Origin: Auanema rhodensis
Taxonomy: Eukaryota; Animalia; Nematoda
Assembly: GCA_964057225.1 (NCBI GenBank)
Contig: OZ059894.1
Span: 11,532,001-11,596,000 of the forward strand
Length of the DNA: 64,000 nucleotides
Reading direction: 5' to 3'
Shown here piece after piece: positions 33,136-46,496 of this stretch. Numbering within the stretch: position 1 is the first letter of the stretch; each line of letters starts with the position of its first letter. Under the pieces are notes generated by a model. It worked only from the letters and a program-made list of their open reading frames with translations, was not told where the DNA came from and did no database searches. The position numbers were made by a program, and so were the translations under genes.

Positions 33136-34316
33136 ACAGTAAAAAGTCCAATCAAGAGAGAAATTTTTTCAACACATAGTTGTTTTTTTTTTAAATATCA
33201 TTGTTTTTCCTCATAACTCGGTTTAAACTCGTTCTAACCCGTTGAAATACGTCTAGAAAGTCTTTATAACATGCATATGTATGATAGAACTTCATATTTA
33301 TTGTAATAGAAAATTTTATTTTCAGACGTCTTGGTTAACAATGATATGTTTTACCCCCTTATAATTTTTATCATAATGTTCCTTATACGGAACGCTCAAT
33401 GAAACTTGCTTCCAGAAAAATTTCTTTCTATTTTTTCTTCATATGTACGTAGATACTATAGAGAACTATGATAGAAAACTTTAACATTCACGAAATCATC
33501 ATTTCTCATTACGCTACGGAGGTTTAAAAAGCTGTGTTTTACCTTATAATAGACCGGAAAACCCTTGTGTTAAAACTGGACCGTTTTTACACATATAAAA
33601 ATGTCCCGTATTCGGGACCCTAATGTAACTTTTGATTCCCTATATTTTTTTTCATGAAATTTACAATCTACTGTAGAAAGAAGAATTATTTTTATAAAAA
33701 CTGTAAATTTTTGAAAAATGAAAACAAAACGAAAACAAAAACAACTTTTTTTTGAACATTTTCTCACACAAGGGTCCCCCCTTACCTACTTTTTTTCTCA
33801 TTACTCGTTTCAACCTCATCCGATCACTCTGCAAACATGTTTAATCGTTCTAACTTGTTGAAATACGTCTTAAAAGTCTAAACAACATGCATATGCATAA
33901 TAGAAACCACCCGAATAGGCCCCCACGCACTAAACGAGATATATACATTACCAGTATAGTAATAGAACACATATTGAAGATTAATTCGATAAGAACAATT
34001 TATTGACGTAGAGAATGTTTGTTCCGAAAAACTACAATATTAAACTATAAAAGTAACAAAAGCGTAGAGGCAGCAAAGACATGAATAAACATAAATGTAA
34101 ATACAGAATTACCAGGTAGTACATAAGTATGACAAAAAATTATAAGAAAGCCATGAAAATAGAAGGTTTGTGAACAAATGAGAGGTACATCTTTGATCGT
34201 ATAGTCATTTCTAAACCGTTCGTATGCTGCAGCATCGTCATAAGCGTCACTCAAGTTGAATTTCCATGTGTACTACACGATTTTCATTCTTATTGTTACA
34301 TTCTTTCCCTGAGGGA

Positions 34317-34501
34317 ATGGGCCGTTCCCGCCAGCAGTGCAAGAGCGGGTCGACCCGTGAGGTGGAGCTAGCAAGCCAGCATCTACCTCAAGTCTCAAAA
34401 ATCGGTTAACCTTATTGTGAACCAATGGAACACATATCGAAGGTTAATTCGATAAGAACGATTACTACACTTTGATCTTAGCCAAAAGGCCGAGAAGCGA
34501 T
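34317..34501 (-). ncRNA. U2: U2 snRNA
   Basis: Copy of 521-705. Confidence 0.96.
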
Positions 34502-34943
34502 ACAGCATAGCCATGAGTATCAAAGACATCAAGCAAATGTATCGTACTTGTTACGAGTGCACTCTCTCATTTGAATATAAAAGTGTGGTTTGACAATCTT
34601 GACTGTACAGGTCATAAATGGCTCATATAAACTGTGGATTTACTCAACTTTTGGACTTATTTTTTTCTTATTCGAAGCGCTGCACTTTTTTCTATTCTTT
34701 TTATTCAAATACTTGTATATAGTTTTATATGTACGGTTGCAAAGTTTCCGAATATTTTATATATTTTTATACAATAATTAGGAGAAGGTTAATACAATGA
34801 AATCTCCCAACTTTACAGTGTTTGTATTGCTTACAGTATCTAGAACAACCACTCTTGTAATATTAGAGCACATATCAATCAACAACTTTTTCTAGTTATC
34901 AAAGCTTTTTTATTTCTTCAAGATATTTCAAATAAAATATAAA

Positions 34944-35062
34944 AGCTTACGACACCCGGGATTCCCAAGCCGTCTCCGATCCAAGTACTAACCGGGCCCA
35001 ACGTTGCTTGACTTGCCAGATCGGACGGGATGGCGTACTTTCAACGTGGTATGGTCGTAAGC
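34944..35062 (-). rRNA. 5S: 5S rRNA
   Basis: Array copy. Confidence 0.97.
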
Positions 35063-35303
35063 AATGTTATATTCTTCATTATCAGTTATATCACTCTAAA
35101 TCTTGTTGTTAATAGTTAGGACCACAAAGAAAACAACAGGAACAGTAACAAATGAAATGCCCAAACTTTACAGTGTTCGAGTTATTTACAGTATCTAAGA
35201 CTACCTCTGTCGTGTTATTAGAGCAAACATTCGATTAACAACAACTTTTTTTTAGTTATCAAAGCTTTTTTATTTCTTCAAAAAATTTCAAATAAAATAT
35301 AAA

Positions 35304-35422
35304 AGCTTACGACACCCGGGATTCCCAAGCCGTCTCCGATCCAAGTACTAACCGGGCCCAACGTTGCTTGACTTGCCAGATCGGACGGGATGGCGTACTT
35401 TCAACGTGGTATGGTCGTAAGC
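35304..35422 (-). rRNA. 5S: 5S rRNA
   Basis: Array copy. Confidence 0.97.
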
Positions 35423-35564
35423 AATGTCATATTCTTCATTATCAGTTATATCACTCTAAATCTTGTTGTTAATAGATACGACCACAAAGAAAACAACAGG
35501 AACAGTAACAATAACAAAAAAAATTTTTTTTTCACCTATGTGTCTAAAGGTTAGCCATGTATCC

Positions 35565-35604
<40 letters not shown>

Positions 35605-36785
35605 ACAGTAAAAAGTCCAATCAAGAGAGAAATTTTTTCAACACATAGTTGTTTTTTTTTTAAATATCATTGTTTTTCCTCATAACTCGGTTTAAACTCG
35701 TTCTAACCCGTTGAAATACGTCTAGAAAGTCTTTATAACATGCATATGTATGATAGAACTTCATATTTATTGTAATAGAAAATTTTATTTTCAGACGTCT
35801 TGGTTAACAATGATATGTTTTACCCCCTTATAATTTTTATCATAATGTTCCTTATACGGAACGCTCAATGAAACTTGCTTCCAGAAAAATTTCTTTCTAT
35901 TTTTTCTTCATATGTACGTAGATACTATAGAGAACTATGATAGAAAACTTTAACATTCACGAAATCATCATTTCTCATTACGCTACGGAGGTTTAAAAAG
36001 CTGTGTTTTACCTTATAATAGACCGGAAAACCCTTGTGTTAAAACTGGACCGTTTTTACACATATAAAAATGTCCCGTATTCGGGACCCTAATGTAACTT
36101 TTGATTCCCTATATTTTTTTTCATGAAATTTACAATCTACTGTAGAAAGAAGAATTATTTTTATAAAAACTGTAAATTTTTGAAAAATGAAAACAAAACG
36201 AAAACAAAAACAACTTTTTTTTGAACATTTTCTCACACAAGGGTCCCCCCTTACCTACTTTTTTTCTCATTACTCGTTTCAACCTCATCCGATCACTCTG
36301 CAAACATGTTTAATCGTTCTAACTTGTTGAAATACGTCTTAAAAGTCTAAACAACATGCATATGCATAATAGAAACCACCCGAATAGGCCCCCACGCACT
36401 AAACGAGATATATACATTACCAGTATAGTAATAGAACACATATTGAAGATTAATTCGATAAGAACAATTTATTGACGTAGAGAATGTTTGTTCCGAAAAA
36501 CTACAATATTAAACTATAAAAGTAACAAAAGCGTAGAGGCAGCAAAGACATGAATAAACATAAATGTAAATACAGAATTACCAGGTAGTACATAAGTATG
36601 ACAAAAAATTATAAGAAAGCCATGAAAATAGAAGGTTTGTGAACAAATGAGAGGTACATCTTTGATCGTATAGTCATTTCTAAACCGTTCGTATGCTGCA
36701 GCATCGTCATAAGCGTCACTCAAGTTGAATTTCCATGTGTACTACACGATTTTCATTCTTATTGTTACATTCTTTCCCTGAGGGA

Positions 36786-36970
36786 ATGGGCCGTTCCCGC
36801 CAGCAGTGCAAGAGCGGGTCGACCCGTGAGGTGGAGCTAGCAAGCCAGCATCTACCTCAAGTCTCAAAAATCGGTTAACCTTATTGTGAACCAATGGAAC
36901 ACATATCGAAGGTTAATTCGATAAGAACGATTACTACACTTTGATCTTAGCCAAAAGGCCGAGAAGCGAT
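36786..36970 (-). ncRNA. U2: U2 snRNA
   Basis: Copy of 521-705. Confidence 0.96.
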
Positions 36971-37412
36971 ACAGCATAGCCATGAGTATCAAAGACATCA
37001 AGCAAATGTATCGTACTTGTTACGAGTGCACTCTCTCATTTGAATATAAAAGTGTGGTTTGACAATCTTGACTGTACAGGTCATAAATGGCTCATATAAA
37101 CTGTGGATTTACTCAACTTTTGGACTTATTTTTTTCTTATTCGAAGCGCTGCACTTTTTTCTATTCTTTTTATTCAAATACTTGTATATAGTTTTATATG
37201 TACGGTTGCAAAGTTTCCGAATATTTTATATATTTTTATACAATAATTAGGAGAAGGTTAATACAATGAAATCTCCCAACTTTACAGTGTTTGTATTGCT
37301 TACAGTATCTAGAACAACCACTCTTGTAATATTAGAGCACATATCAATCAACAACTTTTTCTAGTTATCAAAGCTTTTTTATTTCTTCAAGATATTTCAA
37401 ATAAAATATAAA

Positions 37413-37531
37413 AGCTTACGACACCCGGGATTCCCAAGCCGTCTCCGATCCAAGTACTAACCGGGCCCAACGTTGCTTGACTTGCCAGATCGGACGGGAT
37501 GGCGTACTTTCAACGTGGTATGGTCGTAAGC
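37413..37531 (-). rRNA. 5S: 5S rRNA
   Basis: Array copy. Confidence 0.97.
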
Positions 37532-37772
37532 AATGTTATATTCTTCATTATCAGTTATATCACTCTAAATCTTGTTGTTAATAGTTAGGACCACAAAGAA
37601 AACAACAGGAACAGTAACAAATGAAATGCCCAAACTTTACAGTGTTCGAGTTATTTACAGTATCTAAGACTACCTCTGTCGTGTTATTAGAGCAAACATT
37701 CGATTAACAACAACTTTTTTTTAGTTATCAAAGCTTTTTTATTTCTTCAAAAAATTTCAAATAAAATATAAA

Positions 37773-37891
37773 AGCTTACGACACCCGGGATTCCCAAGCC
37801 GTCTCCGATCCAAGTACTAACCGGGCCCAACGTTGCTTGACTTGCCAGATCGGACGGGATGGCGTACTTTCAACGTGGTATGGTCGTAAGC
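37773..37891 (-). rRNA. 5S: 5S rRNA
   Basis: Array copy. Confidence 0.97.
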
Positions 37892-38033
37892 AATGTCATA
37901 TTCTTCATTATCAGTTATATCACTCTAAATCTTGTTGTTAATAGATACGACCACAAAGAAAACAACAGGAACAGTAACAATAACAAAAAAAATTTTTTTT
38001 TCACCTATGTGTCTAAAGGTTAGCCATGTATCC

Positions 38034-38083
<50 letters not shown>

Positions 38084-39264
38084 ACAGTAAAAAGTCCAAT
38101 CAAGAGAGAAATTTTTTCAACACATAGTTGTTTTTTTTTTAAATATCATTGTTTTTCCTCATAACTCGGTTTAAACTCGTTCTAACCCGTTGAAATACGT
38201 CTAGAAAGTCTTTATAACATGCATATGTATGATAGAACTTCATATTTATTGTAATAGAAAATTTTATTTTCAGACGTCTTGGTTAACAATGATATGTTTT
38301 ACCCCCTTATAATTTTTATCATAATGTTCCTTATACGGAACGCTCAATGAAACTTGCTTCCAGAAAAATTTCTTTCTATTTTTTCTTCATATGTACGTAG
38401 ATACTATAGAGAACTATGATAGAAAACTTTAACATTCACGAAATCATCATTTCTCATTACGCTACGGAGGTTTAAAAAGCTGTGTTTTACCTTATAATAG
38501 ACCGGAAAACCCTTGTGTTAAAACTGGACCGTTTTTACACATATAAAAATGTCCCGTATTCGGGACCCTAATGTAACTTTTGATTCCCTATATTTTTTTT
38601 CATGAAATTTACAATCTACTGTAGAAAGAAGAATTATTTTTATAAAAACTGTAAATTTTTGAAAAATGAAAACAAAACGAAAACAAAAACAACTTTTTTT
38701 TGAACATTTTCTCACACAAGGGTCCCCCCTTACCTACTTTTTTTCTCATTACTCGTTTCAACCTCATCCGATCACTCTGCAAACATGTTTAATCGTTCTA
38801 ACTTGTTGAAATACGTCTTAAAAGTCTAAACAACATGCATATGCATAATAGAAACCACCCGAATAGGCCCCCACGCACTAAACGAGATATATACATTACC
38901 AGTATAGTAATAGAACACATATTGAAGATTAATTCGATAAGAACAATTTATTGACGTAGAGAATGTTTGTTCCGAAAAACTACAATATTAAACTATAAAA
39001 GTAACAAAAGCGTAGAGGCAGCAAAGACATAAATAAACATAAATGTAAATACAGAATTACCAGGTAGTACATAAGTATGACAAAAAATTATAAGAAAGCC
39101 ATGAAAATAGAAGGTTTGTGAACAAATGAGAGGTACATCTTTGATCGTATAGTCATTTCTAAACCGTTCGTATGCTGCAGCATCGTCATAAGCGTCACTC
39201 AAGTTGAATTTCCATGTGTACTACACGATTTTCATTCTTATTGTTACATTCTTTCCCTGAGGGA

Positions 39265-39412
39265 ATGGGCCGTTCCCGCCAGCAGTGCAAGAGCGGGTCG
39301 ACCCGTGAGGTGGAGCTAGCAAGCCAGCATCTACCTCAAGTCTCAAAAATCGGTTAACCTTATTGTGAACCAATGGAACACATATCGAAGGTTAATTCGA
39401 TAAGAACGATTA
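39265..39412 (-). pseudogene. U2: U2 3' fragment (nt ~38-185) downstream of retroelement copy 2
   Basis: Same breakpoint as copy 1. Confidence 0.93.
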
Positions 39413-42400
39413 ATGGTTTATTGAATAACTAATGTTATGATACAATAAATAACCAATAAAAAAGAGCCCAGAATCGGGGAGACGGTATTACCAGTACAAC
39501 TTAAAACAGCAAGTAATTAAAAAGTACATAATAAGACACATTGCCAACAGAGGCTAAAACGACTCAAGAGTCGGGGGAGTGGGTTAAAAAAAATGAACAA
39601 AAAAATGAATATTAAAGCAGAACAATGAGAAATCAAGTGCCGCTATGATCAAACAATTTGAGTGCCTACGGCAATGATGTTAAAAATAAACAACAAAATA
39701 CATGTACCAATGAAGGTCAGAAAGAAAGAAACAAAAGACAAAAATAAGTAATACAAAAAGTAAATACATTACAATCAAATCACAAACAAGTCAATTGATA
39801 ATTTCTTCTTCATATTGCCTTACACCAGAAACATGTTCCACGTAGATATTCCTGGCCCACTTGATGGTATCGGCGACGACGAGCTTCTCCATTAGCCGGT
39901 TGTAGTGGCTGCTGATCTTGAGTGATCGGAGGGCTTGTCCGTTGAGCGGGTCCATAGTTCCAAGCATTCCTACGACATATGCTTCTACACTAGTCTTATA
40001 ACCAAGACATTGGTATTGGCTGGCTATGTCAGCATATTTCCTCTCCTTTATCATACGCGCGGCTATCATGGCTTGACGGCGGTTTTCATAGCTCACTGTA
40101 ACATCAACGATACTACAGTGTTTTGCGTCATGATCGACCACTACTATGTCAGGTCGGAGTGTACTATTAATGCCAGGAAGAGGCTGGTTAGTGTAAACTT
40201 CTCCGTTTTTAGGCTCTGGCAGGGCTTTGATAAGACGGTCCACGATGTTGTTGTGGCGGAGTTGGATTGCTCTCGTGTGAGAGTGGCAGTGTCCAAGAAC
40301 ATGTGCAGCAGTTTCGTTGGAGTAACTACACCTGCGGCACTGTTTGTTTCCTTCTCCGTGTCTTCTACAGCCATTGAGCTGGAGAGTATTGAGTCGAGCC
40401 TTGTGGATGAATCGCCAATCAGCAAACCGTATGAAATCTCCCTTCGCCATAAAGTGATTGGACGCTTTGTTGAGCATTGTGACATCAAAGACTTTCCCTT
40501 GATCCGGTTTTTGAAGAAGGATCCGAAGGTCTTTCAGCCATAATGCCCGTCGCAGGCTTCTGTGGCATAGTGAAGGTGTTAACAGTTGGTTGTTTAGATT
40601 GAGTTCTAAACCACTTTCGAGGCATGTCCAGTTAGCGTTGATGAGTTTCTTGAGTTGACGCATCGCTACTCTTACTCTAGTCCAGATGGAGGAAACATCA
40701 GATGTTTCGGTGTCGAAAATGCCATCAACGGAACCGTTGTAATATGCAGCTGTCTCATCGTTACTGGCTTGACGTTTAATCCTTTTTGATGCTACTTTTT
40801 TTGAGTCTTGATGCGCAATATCAGCTACTACAAGATCAGATGACTTCAAAAGTTGGTAGGCATGAGTGACTTCACAGACGTCTGACAGGTGTTGGAGTCG
40901 AGAGAGACCAAGTCCGCCGTAGTTAGTTGGCAGGTAGATTGGTTCAGCACTGGCGTTTGGAGGATAGTGCATCCATCTACGGGCACAGCGTTTGAGTTCT
41001 TTGTCAAAGGCGACTAGTTTACTCTTTGGGACGTGGCCATTCGTCATATGAAAATTAAGGCAGGGCATCAGGAAGGTGCGTACTGCGTCAGCTTTCTGCC
41101 ATTCAGCAAGTAAGGATTTGTCAATTTTTTCCAAGTGTTGACTCATAATATTCACTGTTGGAACCGCAGACTTATGTAAATGCATTCCAGTAGGGATTCC
41201 CAGGTGGGAGTAGCTGTCGAATTTGCTGAGAGCGGGTAGAGAGGAGCTCTGTAGCATGTATGAGGCTGTTGATATTTTCCCTTTGTCGATCGTCAAGGTG
41301 GCGCATTTCGCTGGTTTGAAGGTCAAGCCTGTGAAATTAGCCGCATTTGATGCTGCGTCCAACATTTTCTGTAGATCTTCTGATGATGAGGAGACCAGGG
41401 CAAGGTCATCGGCGTACGCTAGCACAGCGATGTTGTGATTGTGTAGCTTATAGCCAGTAGAGGATTCCAAGATGGTTTTAATTAGAGGTTCAATGGCAAG
41501 GTTGAACAGGATCGGAGATAGTGGGGATCCTTGTAACACACCTGCATGAACTGGAATGGTCGATGTGAGTCCGGAGCCTGTCTGGATTCTTGTAGAGGCA
41601 TCTGTGTATAGAGCTCGTACTCGGGATATTGAGGCTTCAGCCACTCCTGACCATCTTAGAACGTCTAGCAGAGTTTCGTGTGGCAGCGATCCAAAAGCGT
41701 TTGCGAGATCAAGCCAAGCAATTGCAATTTTCTCACGTTTACGTTTAGCGTCCGCAATGGTACTTTGCAACATAAAGTTGTGTTCCATGCATCCAGCTTT
41801 GGCCACAAAGCCCTTTTGGGAGGGAGAAAGTCTTTTTTCTGCTCTTGCCCATGTTAGCAGTCGATGCGTAAGACAAGCTGAGTACGTCTTACCAATTGTG
41901 CACGAAAGTGCTATTGGTCGCCAGTTGTTAATGTCAGCTTTATCACCTTTCTTATGGATGAGGACGGTGGTCGACTCTTTCCAGGAAAAAGGGATGTGTC
42001 CTAGCTTGTGTACGGTGTTAAATATCGCTGCTAATATGTGACCTCCTTGGTCAAATTTCTTCCAGTGCGAGTATCGAAGTCCATCAGCTCCTGGAGCCGT
42101 ATCGCTGCAACGTCGTATGCGTTCCCAGACTTCCAAAGGGGTGAAAACACCTTCTAATGGGTCGGTACTAGCTGGCAAATCCGGTCTGGTGACTGTGATG
42201 GGGAGGGCTGGGCCTTGACTGCTGTGAACAGAAAGGAAATGTTTTTCAACCTCTGCAGATGGTATGGTGCAGGTTTCACTTTGTTCTCCGAGCAGTTGTC
42301 GAAAGGCTTTCTTCTTGTTGGCCCTCCAGAGCTTCTGGAGCTTCATCGCCTGGGTTTTTTGGTCTTCCTCAGGTTGTGTGTGTGGTCGGCGCCTTTGTCG

Positions 42401-43121
42401 GAAGTTGGGAACTTTGATCATAATGTCAAGAGACTTTCTGATTGCGTCTACCAACTCTTCCAGGACCTGCTCGAGCTCACTTTTGCACACAACCTTTTTA
42501 ATTCTATCCACCCAAGTATTTTCAGAGTTTCTATTCGGATCAGGGTCGGCAAAAAATGGTTCTGTACTCGAAACCCTGATCTCGTTGAATATTTCACTCT
42601 CTCGCGGAAGGGGGGAAACTTCGGCCTCTGGGGACAAGTCCAGAATTGGGGCCTCAAACAAGCGTACCGTTGATGGAGATCCTTGTTCCTGTCCACTGGA
42701 TGATGTTTCCTCCATTGTACGCTCCTCCACGGGCGGGGTGGTCGTCCTTGTGCCTGGTGGGCGGGTGTTCCTGATCCTCCGCAATATAGGGCGGGAACTG
42801 GGCTCTCTCGGAGATAGAGGTGAGATCACCACAGTTTCCTCTATGATGCGGAGGCATCCTTCAGCTTTTTTCTGATGGCTTTTAACGGCCTTCAGATTGC
42901 TGGTGAGGCCACAGGCACGGCACTCAAATTCTACTCCGACCTCATGTTCTCTCCGAAGATGGCGGACGAGACCATTGTGGTCTGAGTAGGATCGCGGAAT
43001 AGGAGCGCAGATTGAACAAGAAAAAGGGCTCTGAAGAGGCACCTTTAGCTTGTAAAGCCCTTGCTCCATCTCTAGCAGATCTAAAGACTTACGTAGTACA
43101 GTTGCAATATCGATTTAGCCA
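39413..43121 (-). mobile_element. U2-targeting RLE non-LTR retrotransposon (Utopia-like), copy 2, full or nearly full length (3.7 kb)
   Basis: Inserted in U2 after GTGTAG(TA), same orientation as U2. Single ORF, ~380-bp 3' UTR ending AATAAACCAT, no LTRs. Utopia is the known RLE family that targets U2. Confidence 0.93.
39791..43069 (-). CDS. Non-LTR retrotransposon protein: N-terminal zinc fingers, reverse transcriptase, CCHC knuckle, restriction-like endonuclease
   Basis: CSIC..HLRREH and CRAC..H..C fingers; APGADG, NWRPIAL, QKGF, WLDLANAFGS, GVLQGSPLSPILF, YADD; CRRC..H..C; RHN; PD..D..K. Confidence 0.97.
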   Translation of the reverse strand: MEQGLYKLKVPLQSPFSCSICAPIPRSYSDHNGLVRHLRREHEVGVEFECRACGLTSNLKAVKSHQKKAEGCLRIIEETVVISPLSPREPSSRPILRRIRNTRPPGTRTTTPPVEERTMEETSSSGQEQGSPSTVRLFEAPILDLSPEAEVSPLPRESEIFNEIRVSSTEPFFADPDPNRNSENTWVDRIKKVVCKSELEQVLEELVDAIRKSLDIMIKVPNFRQRRRPHTQPEEDQKTQAMKLQKLWRANKKKAFRQLLGEQSETCTIPSAEVEKHFLSVHSSQGPALPITVTRPDLPASTDPLEGVFTPLEVWERIRRCSDTAPGADGLRYSHWKKFDQGGHILAAIFNTVHKLGHIPFSWKESTTVLIHKKGDKADINNWRPIALSCTIGKTYSACLTHRLLTWARAEKRLSPSQKGFVAKAGCMEHNFMLQSTIADAKRKREKIAIAWLDLANAFGSLPHETLLDVLRWSGVAEASISRVRALYTDASTRIQTGSGLTSTIPVHAGVLQGSPLSPILFNLAIEPLIKTILESSTGYKLHNHNIAVLAYADDLALVSSSSEDLQKMLDAASNAANFTGLTFKPAKCATLTIDKGKISTASYMLQSSSLPALSKFDSYSHLGIPTGMHLHKSAVPTVNIMSQHLEKIDKSLLAEWQKADAVRTFLMPCLNFHMTNGHVPKSKLVAFDKELKRCARRWMHYPPNASAEPIYLPTNYGGLGLSRLQHLSDVCEVTHAYQLLKSSDLVVADIAHQDSKKVASKRIKRQASNDETAAYYNGSVDGIFDTETSDVSSIWTRVRVAMRQLKKLINANWTCLESGLELNLNNQLLTPSLCHRSLRRALWLKDLRILLQKPDQGKVFDVTMLNKASNHFMAKGDFIRFADWRFIHKARLNTLQLNGCRRHGEGNKQCRRCSYSNETAAHVLGHCHSHTRAIQLRHNNIVDRLIKALPEPKNGEVYTNQPLPGINSTLRPDIVVVDHDAKHCSIVDVTVSYENRRQAMIAARMIKERKYADIASQYQCLGYKTSVEAYVVGMLGTMDPLNGQALRSLKISSHYNRLMEKLVVADTIKWARNIYVEHVSGVRQYEEEIIN

Positions 43122-43217
43122 TTAACCTTATTGTGAACCAATGGAACACATATCGAAGGTTAATTCGATAAGAACGATTACTACACTTTGATCTTAGCCA
43201 AAAGGCCGAGAAGCGAT
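43122..43217 (-). pseudogene. U2: U2 5' fragment (nt 1-96) fused to the 5' end of retroelement copy 2
   Basis: U2 match ends at ...AAGGTTAA, just before the Sm site. Confidence 0.93.
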
Positions 43218-43659
43218 ACAGCATAGCCATGAGTATCAAAGACATCAAGCAAATGTATCGTACTTGTTACGAGTGCACTCTCTCATTTGAATATAAAAGT
43301 GTGGTTTGACAATCTTGACTGTACAGGTCATAAATGGCTCATATAAACTGTGGATTTACTCAACTTTTGGACTTATTTTTTTCTTATTCGAAGCGCTGCA
43401 CTTTTTTCTATTCTTTTTATTCAAATACTTGTATATAGTTTTATATGTACGGTTGCAAAGTTTCCGAATATTTTATATATTTTTATACAATAATTAGGAG
43501 AAGGTTAATACAATGAAATCTCCCAACTTTACAGTGTTTGTATTGCTTACAGTATCTAGAACAACCACTCTTGTAATATTAGAGCACATATCAATCAACA
43601 ACTTTTTCTAGTTATCAAAGCTTTTTTATTTCTTCAAGATATTTCAAATAAAATATAAA

Positions 43660-43778
43660 AGCTTACGACACCCGGGATTCCCAAGCCGTCTCCGATCCAA
43701 GTACTAACCGGGCCCAACGTTGCTTGACTTGCCAGATCGGACGGGATGGCGTACTTTCAACGTGGTATGGTCGTAAGC
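43660..43778 (-). rRNA. 5S: 5S rRNA
   Basis: Array copy. Confidence 0.97.
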
Positions 43779-44019
43779 AATGTTATATTCTTCATTATCA
43801 GTTATATCACTCTAAATCTTGTTGTTAATAGTTAGGACCACAAAGAAAACAACAGGAACAGTAACAAATGAAATGCCCAAACTTTACAGTGTTCGAGTTA
43901 TTTACAGTATCTAAGACTACCTCTGTCGTGTTATTAGAGCAAACATTCGATTAACAACAACTTTTTTTTAGTTATCAAAGCTTTTTTATTTCTTCAAAAA
44001 ATTTCAAATAAAATATAAA

Positions 44020-44138
44020 AGCTTACGACACCCGGGATTCCCAAGCCGTCTCCGATCCAAGTACTAACCGGGCCCAACGTTGCTTGACTTGCCAGATCGG
44101 ACGGGATGGCGTACTTTCAACGTGGTATGGTCGTAAGC
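44020..44138 (-). rRNA. 5S: 5S rRNA
   Basis: Array copy. Confidence 0.97.
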
Positions 44139-44280
44139 AATGTCATATTCTTCATTATCAGTTATATCACTCTAAATCTTGTTGTTAATAGATACGACCA
44201 CAAAGAAAACAACAGGAACAGTAACAATAACAAAAAAAATTTTTTTTTCACCTATGTGTCTAAAGGTTAGCCATGTATCC

Positions 44281-44328
<48 letters not shown>

Positions 44329-45509
44329 ACAGTAAAAAGTCCAATCAAGAGAGAAATTTTTTCAACACATAGTTGTTTTTTTTTTAAATATCATTGTTTT
44401 TCCTCATAACTCGGTTTAAACTCGTTCTAACCCGTTGAAATACGTCTAGAAAGTCTTTATAACATGCATATGTATGATAGAACTTCATATTTATTGTAAT
44501 AGAAAATTTTATTTTCAGACGTCTTGGTTAACAATGATATGTTTTACCCCCTTATAATTTTTATCATAATGTTCCTTATACGGAACGCTCAATGAAACTT
44601 GCTTCCAGAAAAATTTCTTTCTATTTTTTCTTCATATGTACGTAGATACTATAGAGAACTATGATAGAAAACTTTAACATTCACGAAATCATCATTTCTC
44701 ATTACGCTACGGAGGTTTAAAAAGCTGTGTTTTACCTTATAATAGACCGGAAAACCCTTGTGTTAAAACTGGACCGTTTTTACACATATAAAAATGTCCC
44801 GTATTCGGGACCCTAATGTAACTTTTGATTCCCTATATTTTTTTTCATGAAATTTACAATCTACTGTAGAAAGAAGAATTATTTTTATAAAAACTGTAAA
44901 TTTTTGAAAAATGAAAACAAAACGAAAACAAAAACAACTTTTTTTTGAACATTTTCTCACACAAGGGTCCCCCCTTACCTACTTTTTTTCTCATTACTCG
45001 TTTCAACCTCATCCGATCACTCTGCAAACATGTTTAATCGTTCTAACTTGTTGAAATACGTCTTAAAAGTCTAAACAACATGCATATGCATAATAGAAAC
45101 CACCCGAATAGGCCCCCACGCACTAAACGAGATATATACATTACCAGTATAGTAATAGAACACATATTGAAGATTAATTCGATAAGAACAATTTATTGAC
45201 GTAGAGAATGTTTGTTCCGAAAAACTACAATATTAAACTATAAAAGTAACAAAAGCGTAGAGGCAGCAAAGACATGAATAAACATAAATGTAAATACAGA
45301 ATTACCAGGTAGTACATAAGTATGACAAAAAATTATAAGAAAGCCATGAAAATAGAAGGTTTGTGAACAAATGAGAGGTACATCTTTGATCGTATAGTCA
45401 TTTCTAAACCGTTCGTATGCTGCAGCATCGTCATAAGCGTCACTCAAGTTGAATTTCCATGTGTACTACACGATTTTCATTCTTATTGTTACATTCTTTC
45501 CCTGAGGGA

Positions 45510-45694
45510 ATGGGCCGTTCCCGCCAGCAGTGCAAGAGCGGGTCGACCCGTGAGGTGGAGCTAGCAAGCCAGCATCTACCTCAAGTCTCAAAAATCGGTT
45601 AACCTTATTGTGAACCAATGGAACACATATCGAAGGTTAATTCGATAAGAACGATTACTACACTTTGATCTTAGCCAAAAGGCCGAGAAGCGAT
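45510..45694 (-). ncRNA. U2: U2 snRNA
   Basis: Copy of 521-705. Confidence 0.96.
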
Positions 45695-46136
45695 ACAGCA
45701 TAGCCATGAGTATCAAAGACATCAAGCAAATGTATCGTACTTGTTACGAGTGCACTCTCTCATTTGAATATAAAAGTGTGGTTTGACAATCTTGACTGTA
45801 CAGGTCATAAATGGCTCATATAAACTGTGGATTTACTCAACTTTTGGACTTATTTTTTTCTTATTCGAAGCGCTGCACTTTTTTCTATTCTTTTTATTCA
45901 AATACTTGTATATAGTTTTATATGTACGGTTGCAAAGTTTCCGAATATTTTATATATTTTTATACAATAATTAGGAGAAGGTTAATACAATGAAATCTCC
46001 CAACTTTACAGTGTTTGTATTGCTTACAGTATCTAGAACAACCACTCTTGTAATATTAGAGCACATATCAATCAACAACTTTTTCTAGTTATCAAAGCTT
46101 TTTTATTTCTTCAAGATATTTCAAATAAAATATAAA

Positions 46137-46255
46137 AGCTTACGACACCCGGGATTCCCAAGCCGTCTCCGATCCAAGTACTAACCGGGCCCAACGTTGC
46201 TTGACTTGCCAGATCGGACGGGATGGCGTACTTTCAACGTGGTATGGTCGTAAGC
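46137..46255 (-). rRNA. 5S: 5S rRNA
   Basis: Array copy. Confidence 0.97.
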
Positions 46256-46496
46256 AATGTTATATTCTTCATTATCAGTTATATCACTCTAAATCTTGTT
46301 GTTAATAGTTAGGACCACAAAGAAAACAACAGGAACAGTAACAAATGAAATGCCCAAACTTTACAGTGTTCGAGTTATTTACAGTATCTAAGACTACCTC
46401 TGTCGTGTTATTAGAGCAAACATTCGATTAACAACAACTTTTTTTTAGTTATCAAAGCTTTTTTATTTCTTCAAAAAATTTCAAATAAAATATAAA

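Noticed and set aside
39413-43121. Assignment to Keno/Tx1, R2 or NeSL
   Set aside because: No APE domain (excludes Keno/Tx1); the target is U2, not 28S rDNA or SL RNA.
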